From positions 1-64,000 of the IMG/VR virus record IMGVR_UViG_3300037454_000542: 64,000 bases of DNA. One strand, written 5' to 3'. This stretch comes from a virus. Lineage: Duplodnaviria > Caudoviricetes. Positions 10,155-16,945 of this stretch are shown here, one piece after another. The notes beneath the pieces are model-generated. The model was not told the DNA's origin, did no database searches, and was given only the letters and a program-made list of their open reading frames with translations. The first letter of the stretch is position 1. Each line of letters opens with the position of its first letter. Made by a program: the position numbers and the translations under genes.

Positions 10155-11007
10155 AGAGCTTATAAATCGCATCGTGAGGGTGTCGCCCGATGCCACAACC
10201 CTTATAGGCGGTGTGGGCTTTCCCTCGAACTCGCGAGATACTGATATGTACATCAGCAGAGTTTGCCAAAACGGAACAGTGGAAATATCGTATTCAGATC
10301 GCTGCCTGATTCTCGGGTATTGCTTTCCGAACGATCTGATCGTTACTAACAAAGTACGCGAAGGGATAGATGACATAGAAGAAGAGCCGCTGTTCGAGGC
10401 GAGAGTCTTTGGTGTTTCCGAAAGAATGGAGAATATCGAGATAACCAAAAGGAGGCTCAAGCTCCCTGACGATCAGGTCATCATAGATGCCGAGCACATA
10501 GGATGCAAACCTACCGCCCAAAAGACGTGGAGCCTTCCGGCAAAGAAAGAGTATGTGTGCGTCCTGCCTGACGACGTGGAGTTGTGCGACAACTTTGTTC
10601 ACTATTGCAACTGCCTGCTGAAAGCATACGGAGACTCCGTAATCTCTCTGTTCCCCATACATTTTATGAGGCGGGACGCCATCTCTCGTATGCCGCGCAA
10701 TCCTTATGTGTGGACAAAGGGTGTTTCTGGCGCTGGGATCATAATGCCGGCAGACTGGGTTAAACCGTGTCTTGACGCTTGGAGAGACGATATTATAGGA
10801 GACGACACCAACATAGAGATATGGGCCATCCAGAACAAGAAAAAGATAATAACAACGATCCCGGCGTTGGTCCAACATATTGGCGACTTGTCAGTTCACG
10901 ACGCTCGCCGTTCAATAGGGAGAACGCATTATTATCGCAAGGATGTTTCAGGGAGTGACTGGAACGACACTTATCTCAATCTCTGGAATAACATTTCAAG
11001 AGATTAA
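10147..11007 (+). CDS. Glycosyltransferase-like protein (GT-A fold) with N-terminal SH3-like domain; start MNEEL at 10147
   Basis: VCVLPDDVELCDNF (DxD-like), GAGIIMP, GDD, TIPALVQHIG; start overlaps the nrdD stop. Confidence 0.65.
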   Translation: MNEELINRIVRVSPDATTLIGGVGFPSNSRDTDMYISRVCQNGTVEISYSDRCLILGYCFPNDLIVTNKVREGIDDIEEEPLFEARVFGVSERMENIEITKRRLKLPDDQVIIDAEHIGCKPTAQKTWSLPAKKEYVCVLPDDVELCDNFVHYCNCLLKAYGDSVISLFPIHFMRRDAISRMPRNPYVWTKGVSGAGIIMPADWVKPCLDAWRDDIIGDDTNIEIWAIQNKKKIITTIPALVQHIGDLSVHDARRSIGRTHYYRKDVSGSDWNDTYLNLWNNISRD

Positions 11008-11025
11008 ACGAAGGGAGGGCACTCA

Positions 11026-11946
11026 ATGGGTGCAAAGAAAAAAACAACACCAAAAGAAACAACGCCCAAGCCGGAACTTGCCGGTAGCGAAATTGTTGGG
11101 CATCTTGTAACCATCAAGGGAGAGGTTGACAACTTCGTCGACGGCACTGGCGTCCCGAACTTCGCCAGAATCAGCGAAGTGTTCGTGAGCAGAGTGAATC
11201 CGAACGGCACCGCCGTGATAGCTTACGTTGACAGCCTTGCTGAAGTAGGTACGCTATTCACCAAAGACTTCATCGTGTCTGACGAAGTGTGGACGCGGAA
11301 GGATGATATAGAGGACGACGAGGCCGACATTGATATAGACATCAGGATTTTCGGCGTCCCCGAGCGTTTGGAAAACATTAAAATGAATCAGGCGCGTACG
11401 CACATCTCCGACGGCAAAATCTTCATTGACGAAAATCACGAAGGTGTGATACCGACGGCGAAGCGGGCGTGGCTTGCACCCACAGACAAGCGGTTCGTCC
11501 TAGTGATGCAGGATGATATTGAGCTCTGCGACAATTTTGTACATTACGCGAATCTGGTGGCAAAAACGTGTCCTGACGCAATAATTTCATTATTCCCGAT
11601 GCAGTTCAGAAGCCGCGTATCCGTTAACCGCATTCCAAAGACGCCTTATGTGGAAACAAAAGATGTCGCGGGTCAGGCGATAATCATGCCGGCTTCCTGG
11701 GTTGAAAATTGCGTTAATTCCTGGGACACAGGTACGAGAGGAGACGACAGTTGTATTGCTAAGTGGGCTCGGGATAATGACAAGAAAACCCTTGTTACAA
11801 TCCCTGCGCTGGTCCAGCATATTGGGATAAAATCCGTGTTTGATAAGACGCGATCCATAGGTGGAACAGACTTCTGGCGCAAAGATCCGTCGCCCTACGA
11901 CTGGACTAACCCGACAATTACGCACTGGCAAGCAATTGCCAGATAA
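11026..11946 (+). CDS. Glycosyltransferase-like protein, paralogue of the upstream gene
   Basis: VLVMQDDIELCDNF, GQAIIMP, GDD, TIPALVQHIG; collinear similarity to 10147..11007; RBS GGAGG. Confidence 0.65.
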   Translation: MGAKKKTTPKETTPKPELAGSEIVGHLVTIKGEVDNFVDGTGVPNFARISEVFVSRVNPNGTAVIAYVDSLAEVGTLFTKDFIVSDEVWTRKDDIEDDEADIDIDIRIFGVPERLENIKMNQARTHISDGKIFIDENHEGVIPTAKRAWLAPTDKRFVLVMQDDIELCDNFVHYANLVAKTCPDAIISLFPMQFRSRVSVNRIPKTPYVETKDVAGQAIIMPASWVENCVNSWDTGTRGDDSCIAKWARDNDKKTLVTIPALVQHIGIKSVFDKTRSIGGTDFWRKDPSPYDWTNPTITHWQAIAR

Positions 11947-11970
11947 CACAATGCCCCGTTTGGGGCAAAT

Positions 11971-12041
11971 AGGGACTTGGTGTAATGGTAGCACAACAGA
12001 CTTTGACTCTGTTGGCGGTGGTTCGAATCCACCAGCCCCTG
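11971..12041 (+). tRNA. tRNA-Gln (anticodon UUG), CCA not encoded
   Basis: Acceptor AGGGACT/AGCCCCT, D-arm GTGT-AATGGTA-GCAC, anticodon arm ACAGA-CTTTGAC-TCTGT, T-arm GGTGG-TTCGAAT-CCACC. Confidence 0.95.
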
Positions 12042-12044
12042 TGT

Positions 12045-12262
12045 TCCCCGAAGGCCAAAGGGTCGGTTTGGAGTAATGTCCATCACGATCTGTACCGGAA
12101 GGCGCGAGTGAGGCGGTACCGCCGAGGCAACCTCGCGAGAAAGCAGATCGATTATTTGTGTTGGTGGCCAAGCATTAAAAGGCGAAAAGACAATGTAGCT
12201 CCGGGAAAGGGACACTCGCTGCAACCCGTAAGGAGACGCGCGTGATTGATTAACAAATAAAC
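12045..12262 (+). ncRNA. Candidate structured non-coding RNA downstream of the tRNA (family unassigned)
   Basis: Pairings ATCACG/CGTGAT, CGATCTG/CAGATCG, GTACCG/CGGTAC, CGAGG/CCTCG, TTATTTGT/ACAAATAA; GNRA-type loops; no convincing ORF. Confidence 0.5.
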
Positions 12263-12314
12263 CTTTTTGTTAAAACTGCACGCCCAACACATTTTTTGCA
12301 TAGGTAGGTTTATT

Positions 12315-12620
12315 ATGGAAGAAAGAGAATTTTCGCGGTGCGTCGAGATAAGGCAAATAGTTGATCCGAGCGCGCAAGTCATTGTTAACGGCATGATACA
12401 GCAGCAAACAACAACGGCGCTCTGCTGTCCCTCGTGTGGGAACGTTGTTATGACGCTAGGAAACAATGTACCCGAATCCGCGGTACTAAAGTTTTGCACG
12501 AGCAACAAGCAGCAGTTGCTGTCGCAACTTTGTTATTGTCCACGATGCACGCAGAGACTCCGTGCGCCGGAGATAGTGACAGAGACGCATATTGATCCAG
12601 CGGAGGCAGGCTCCGCCTGA
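12315..12620 (+). CDS. Small Zn-ribbon protein (two CxxC motifs)
   Basis: RBS-like AGGTAGG before ATG 12315; CCPSCG and CYCPRC. Confidence 0.6.
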   Translation: MEEREFSRCVEIRQIVDPSAQVIVNGMIQQQTTTALCCPSCGNVVMTLGNNVPESAVLKFCTSNKQQLLSQLCYCPRCTQRLRAPEIVTETHIDPAEAGSA

Positions 12621-12629
12621 CTTTCGCAA

Positions 12630-12972
12630 ACGGGCTGGCCGAAAGGCCCGGGTCCACCAGTGACGAAACGACAGGGAGGAACAACCCAATTCCTCGCCGT
12701 CTATCACAGGGGCAGTGTATATGCTTTTGTATGGCGGAGAAGCTGGCAGTGGTTAAGCAGATGTCGCGGAAAGTAGTCACAAACAACTCGCCCAACATGC
12801 TTGGTGCGAGAATCTGGTTTTAGCAATGCTATTACCGGTTTACAGCCTAGAGATTGAGCAAACGGAGGAACAACGTCGCTTGGCCGAGTGACGCCTCAGA
12901 AACCTCACTGCGCGGGGGAGTGCGCATTACGCCCGCGAAAGCCAGGAATAACAGCATTCGTCTTTAGGCTTT
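12630..12972 (+). ncRNA. Candidate ~340-nt multi-domain pseudoknotted non-coding RNA
   Basis: GGCC-GAAA-GGCC; GTGA..GAGGAA/TTCCTC..TCAC; CTCGC-CCAA/TTGG-TGCGAG inside CAGAT/ATCTG; AATGCT/AGCATT crossed by the 10-bp AGCCTAGAGA/TCTTTAGGCT pairing. Confidence 0.55.
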
Positions 12973-12984
12973 TGATCTAATGTT

Positions 12985-13014
12985 CAACATTACACAACAT
13001 TACACAACATTACA
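12985..13014. repeat. Three tandem copies of the 10-mer CAACATTACA
   Basis: Exact repeats at 12985, 12995 and 13005, just upstream of the AAGGAGG RBS of 13035. Confidence 0.9.
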
Positions 13015-13034
13015 ATAACGCAAGGAGGAGTAAA

Positions 13035-13322
13035 ATGATTGCTTCTGAAAAAGAGACAATTTTGCTAACAAGCGAAGCAGACGATACATGGGAAATCTAT
13101 ACATTCAACCCCACGCTTTTGAGAAAATTACATAAATACGCGGACGTACATCCGGAAGATTGCAAGTTGAAAACCGAGGACATAGAGCTGGGTTGCGCAA
13201 CTTATATAGTCCGTAAAGACCGCATCAGCATACGGTTTTTGGAGCCGATAAGCGAGGAACAGAGAGAAAAAATGCGGGAGCGCGGTAAGGCAAATGCGGT
13301 CTTTATCAAGAAAGGAAAATAG
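13035..13322 (+). CDS. Hypothetical protein of a type seen in Clostridial mobile elements
   Basis: Strong RBS; EKETI..E....WEIYTFN..L..KL..SEEQRE pattern. Confidence 0.7.
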   Translation: MIASEKETILLTSEADDTWEIYTFNPTLLRKLHKYADVHPEDCKLKTEDIELGCATYIVRKDRISIRFLEPISEEQREKMRERGKANAVFIKKGK

Positions 13323-13324
13323 CC

Positions 13325-13567
13325 ATGACAAGAGAAGAAGCAATTGAGTATCTACAAGCAATTATGCCTGAGTCATATTATGAAAAAGTAAGGGAAGCTG
13401 TGCAGATGGCAATCGAGGCGCTGAAACAGCCGGAGATCATACGTTGCAATGAGTGTGATATGTTTGAAATTGTAGAGGGTTGTGGCGGTATTTGTAATTT
13501 TTTTAATCGTTCAGTGCAAGTGGATGATTTTTGTTCTTACGGCGCAAAAATGGAGGGAGAACAATGA
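13325..13567 (+). CDS. Small MTREEA-family Cys-rich protein
   Basis: MTREEAI..AIEALKQPEIIRCNEC..C..DDFCSYG. Confidence 0.75.
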   Translation: MTREEAIEYLQAIMPESYYEKVREAVQMAIEALKQPEIIRCNECDMFEIVEGCGGICNFFNRSVQVDDFCSYGAKMEGEQ

Positions 13568-13719
13568 CAATATTAGAAGCAATACCTGTATTTTTGACCA
13601 TAGTGTGTGGTGTGTATTATCTGATGCTTTATTTTAAGATGGATAAAATCGAAAGTAAAGTAAACGAAATCAAAAGAAAGATGGAGGAGGAAGGAAATGA
13701 CAAGAGAAGAAGCAATTGA
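13564..13719 (+). CDS. Small single-TM membrane protein (start MTILEA)
   Basis: ATGA coupling, RBS GGAGGG, hydrophobic N-terminal segment. Confidence 0.6.
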   Translation: MTILEAIPVFLTIVCGVYYLMLYFKMDKIESKVNEIKRKMEEEGNDKRRSN

Positions 13720-13975
13720 TCTATTAGATGATATTAAGTTTACAAGTAGTGATTATCCGCGAGACGTTGAAGCACTGGAAATGGGAATCGAAGCATTAAA
13801 CAAGCAAATCGGTATTAAACCATACAAAATCCGTTGGGACGAGCGAGAGATGCGAATAGTGTGTCCACAATGTAATTACCGCTTTTATAGTTTGATTGAT
13901 GGAGAGAAAATTGCAGGAAATCAATCACTATATTGTCCGTGTTGTGGGCAACGAATAGACTGGGGAGAGGAGTAA
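13697..13975 (+). CDS. Small MTREEA-family Zn-ribbon protein
   Basis: MTREEAI..GIEALNKQI..CPQC..YCPCCGQRIDW. Confidence 0.75.
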   Translation: MTREEAIDLLDDIKFTSSDYPRDVEALEMGIEALNKQIGIKPYKIRWDEREMRIVCPQCNYRFYSLIDGEKIAGNQSLYCPCCGQRIDWGEE

Positions 13976-13978
13976 GAT

Positions 13979-14272
13979 ATGGCAAGATATATTGATGAAG
14001 AAAAATTCTTAGATTATCTCGACTTAGATTCGTTTGGGACACAGATGGAAAAATGGTGGTCTGCAAGCAGAGTGTTTGAAAAGCTTTGCGCAATACCGAC
14101 AGAGGATGTTGCTCCCGTGGTACACGCAATGTGGGAAGATGGGCGATGCACAAACTGTCATACAGACAAACCCGTCGTGATGGCATCTGTCGTGCAAGGC
14201 TATATGCACCAGTATCAAGGTAGACTTAATTATTGTCCAAACTGCGGCGCAAAGATAGAGGAAGAGTTATGA
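13979..14272 (+). CDS. Small Zn-ribbon protein
   Basis: MARYID..PTEDVAPVVHA.W..CTNC..NYCPNCGAKI. Confidence 0.75.
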   Translation: MARYIDEEKFLDYLDLDSFGTQMEKWWSASRVFEKLCAIPTEDVAPVVHAMWEDGRCTNCHTDKPVVMASVVQGYMHQYQGRLNYCPNCGAKIEEEL

Positions 14273-14694
14273 CAAGAAAAGGTACATGGATTGAAAAGCC
14301 ACATAAAATGGCAGGAACCGCATTATGCTGTACAGCTTGTGGGTGGAAGAATCTTCTTGAAACTAGGTGTTGTCCTAATTGCGGCGCAGAAATGGAAACA
14401 GAGGATGGGCTAGTGGTAGTGTTTGAATTAAACGATGACGGCACCTATACCAGAAAGTTACACACTCTTCCAGACGAAGTTAGCGAGAAAACAGACGACA
14501 ATGATAAGCTTAAATATGTAGCGTTCAAGATCAATTTGGTTGAAGAAAAGCTCAACCAATTAGAAAAAGATATTCATAGATTAGAAATGGGCTATAACAT
14601 ATTCCCAATCGAACCCACACAAATATACCCTCGGACAACATCAACGGGCATTTGTGCATATGCCGGGCCTGAGTTCGGGGGGTGTCAGTTTTGA
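14269..14694 (+). CDS. Zn-ribbon plus coiled-coil protein (start MTRKG at 14269)
   Basis: ATGA coupling; CTACG..CPNCGAEM; heptad-like C-terminal segment. Confidence 0.65.
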   Translation: MTRKGTWIEKPHKMAGTALCCTACGWKNLLETRCCPNCGAEMETEDGLVVVFELNDDGTYTRKLHTLPDEVSEKTDDNDKLKYVAFKINLVEEKLNQLEKDIHRLEMGYNIFPIEPTQIYPRTTSTGICAYAGPEFGGCQF

Positions 14695-14721
14695 GGTAGA
14701 AGCAAAGACGGAGGAAGAGAA

Positions 14722-14961
14722 ATGACAAGAGAAGGAGCAAGAGAACATATAAAAGACCGAATGGAGTTATATATCCATAGCACTTTGGATAATTTCGCTT
14801 TGCATAAAGCGCTTGAAGCATTAGAGCAGCCGGAGATCATACGGTGCAAGGATTGTTGTTTTTATGCTATCAGTAAAGAAAAACGAAGTTGGTGTAAAGA
14901 TATGTTGAGACGTATTCAACCAGAAGATTTTTGTTCACATGCGAGGAGGCGAGAGGAATGA
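14722..14961 (+). CDS. Small MTREEA-family Cys-rich protein, paralogue of 13325
   Basis: MTREGA..ALEALEQPEIIRCKDC..EDFCSH. Confidence 0.75.
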   Translation: MTREGAREHIKDRMELYIHSTLDNFALHKALEALEQPEIIRCKDCCFYAISKEKRSWCKDMLRRIQPEDFCSHARRREE

Positions 14962-15263
14962 CACGAGAAGAAGAAGCAATAATGAATCTTTCGTATATCT
15001 TAGTCGAATACCCTGAAACATCAGCGCGAGGGAAAGCGGTGCTTACGGCAATCGAAGCACTTGCAAAAATAGAAGCCATACAAGAGGTCGTCGATATGCC
15101 GGTGTTATGGGAGCCGGACGACCGGCTCAGATACGCCAAAGTCGTAGATATTGTAAAAAGGGAGGCAGATGAGGAGTGCTTCGAGCTCGACGCTGCCCAG
15201 TTCGAGTACCGCGAAAATGCGAGGCTCAACGCAGAATGTGAACCCAAGGAGGTCGGGCAATGA
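14958..15263 (+). CDS. Small MTREEA-family protein
   Basis: ATGA coupling; MTREEEAI..AIEAL. Confidence 0.65.
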   Translation: MTREEEAIMNLSYILVEYPETSARGKAVLTAIEALAKIEAIQEVVDMPVLWEPDDRLRYAKVVDIVKREADEECFELDAAQFEYRENARLNAECEPKEVGQ

Positions 15264-15382
15264 TTGCGGGGTTTGCGCTCGGGCTGCTGTTTGGCTCGGG
15301 CGGCGTGATGGTTGTATACATAATCGTTGAAACGGTTTTAGAAATTATCGATAGGCGTAAAACGCGGAGGAGGGAACGATAA
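15260..15382 (+). CDS. 40-aa membrane peptide MIAGFALGLLFGSGGVMVVYIIVETVLEIIDRRKTRRRER (not in the ORF track)
   Basis: RBS AAGGAGG, ATGA coupling, TM helix followed by a basic tail. Confidence 0.6.
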   Translation: MIAGFALGLLFGSGGVMVVYIIVETVLEIIDRRKTRRRER

Positions 15383-15383
15383 T

Positions 15384-15662
15384 ATGCCAACACGTTTAGA
15401 CTGGGGACAAATTGGCCCTCCGCCGTCGCTGAGCGGGCTGCGTTTCGAGCCATCTATTGGGCGGGCAATATACATAGATTCAGACCACATAGTGATCGCT
15501 GGCGAGTCGATTTCTTATGCTGACAGGACAGATGCGTTCATCAGAACGACACCGGCGCCGGCAACTGTAGTATACGCTCCATACGAGGATGATGTTCCGA
15601 CAGAGTGCGACGAGGACTTTTACGACATTTGGGAAGATATTGATAGTGCGGGTTCTACTTAA
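15384..15662 (+). CDS. Hypothetical acidic protein
   Basis: RBS GGAGG; last gene before the terminator. Confidence 0.55.
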   Translation: MPTRLDWGQIGPPPSLSGLRFEPSIGRAIYIDSDHIVIAGESISYADRTDAFIRTTPAPATVVYAPYEDDVPTECDEDFYDIWEDIDSAGST

Positions 15663-15663
15663 T

Positions 15664-15690
15664 AGCGGGTAGAGCCCGCTTTTCTTTTTT
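15664..15690 (+). terminator. Rho-independent terminator
   Basis: AGCGGG-TAGAG-CCCGCT followed by TTTCTTTTTT. Confidence 0.85.
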
Positions 15691-15702
15691 AGCGCGCAAA
15701 CC

Positions 15703-15731
15703 TTGACATAATTCGGCGCGGCGTTTATAAT
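15703..15731 (+). promoter_or_regulatory. Consensus sigma-A/70 promoter for the R-M operon
   Basis: TTGACA-17 nt-TATAAT, perfect match. Confidence 0.9.
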
Positions 15732-15787
15732 TTACGCGATAAGTTGGTAATGCTTATCATCAGCAAACTACACCTAGACGAGGAAAC

Positions 15788-16945
15788 GTGATGAATAAAG
15801 CAATTCAGCTATCGCTTTTTGACACCCTTACCGAGGACGAATCATATCTCACCGAACAAATCATCACTTATATAGGCAACAAGAGGGCGCTCTTGTCGTT
15901 TATTGGTACTTCTGTCAATTATGTCAAAGAAAAACTCGGAAAAGAACGACTGAGCATTGTTGATATTTTTTCTGGTTCTGGTGTTGTTTCGAGATATTTT
16001 AAGCAATATGCAAAGACTATATATGCTAACGACTTAGAAGATTATTGTCAAACAATCAATAAATGCTATCTCGCGAATAGGAGCGAAGTAGACTTCGAGC
16101 AATTGGAAAAGCATTTTTATTCCATAAAAACTGCACTGGGCAACGAGCCTCTTCGGTCGGGTTTTATCTCCGAAATGTATGCACCAGCAGACGATCAGAA
16201 CATTAAAGAAGGAGAGCGCGTGTTCTACACGCCAAGAAACGCCAGATATATAGATACAGCCCGACAGCTAATTGATACAGTACCCGAGAACATAAGACAT
16301 TTTTTGTTAGCTCCACTTCTGTATGAAGCTTCCGTGCACAATAACACCAGCGGGGTGTTTAAGGGATTCTATAAAAACTCAAAGACAGGGATCGGACAAT
16401 ATGGTGGCGACGGGAGAAACGCGCTGCAGAGAATACTTGCAAACATTGAGTTAAGACTCCCTATATTTAGCAATTTTGAATGCGAATCGGTTATTTTGCA
16501 AGAAGACGCAAACAAACTCGCAGAAAAGCTGCCGCCTGTAGATTTAGTATATATGGATCCTCCGTACAACCAGCATCCTTATGGATCGAACTATTTTATG
16601 CTGAACTTAATAAATAATTATAAGCGTCCCGAAGAGGTAAGCCGAGTCTCTGGCATACCGCTTGAGTGGAACAAGTCACAGTACAACAAAAAGCAAACGG
16701 CGCATAGCAGCATGTTTGATCTTTGCAGCAAGCTCAATGCGAGATTTCTCTTGATTTCGTTTAGCTCCGATGGTTTTATAGAAAAGGAAGAAATGGTTGA
16801 GATGCTATCTTCGCTCGGCGAAGTACAGGTTCTCGATAAAGAATACAACACGTTTCGCGGATGTAGAAATCTGAGTGGAAGAGACATTCACGTAAAAGAA
16901 TATCTTTATCTTGTTGACAAAGGAGAACGTTATGGCAAAGTCTGA
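15788..16945 (+). CDS. N6-adenine DNA methyltransferase (alpha/D12 class)
   Basis: YIGNKR, motif I DIFSGSG before motif IV YMDPPY. Confidence 0.92.
   Translation: MMNKAIQLSLFDTLTEDESYLTEQIITYIGNKRALLSFIGTSVNYVKEKLGKERLSIVDIFSGSGVVSRYFKQYAKTIYANDLEDYCQTINKCYLANRSEVDFEQLEKHFYSIKTALGNEPLRSGFISEMYAPADDQNIKEGERVFYTPRNARYIDTARQLIDTVPENIRHFLLAPLLYEASVHNNTSGVFKGFYKNSKTGIGQYGGDGRNALQRILANIELRLPIFSNFECESVILQEDANKLAEKLPPVDLVYMDPPYNQHPYGSNYFMLNLINNYKRPEEVSRVSGIPLEWNKSQYNKKQTAHSSMFDLCSKLNARFLLISFSSDGFIEKEEMVEMLSSLGEVQVLDKEYNTFRGCRNLSGRDIHVKEYLYLVDKGERYGKV

Noticed and set aside
12655-12725. Hammerhead ribozyme (CGAAAC..GTC) or HDV/theta ribozyme (TCCTCGC)
   Set aside because: No CTGANGA core in a usable position. 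TCCTCGC is better explained as part of the GAGGAA/TTCCTC helix and lacks P3 flanks; nothing theta-like starts at the tRNA 3' end.
12630-12730. Permuted two-piece tmRNA (GTCCACCA followed by GGGGCAG)
   Set aside because: No TTCRA T-loop before CCA, the acceptor stem has two mismatches, and no tag reading frame is evident.
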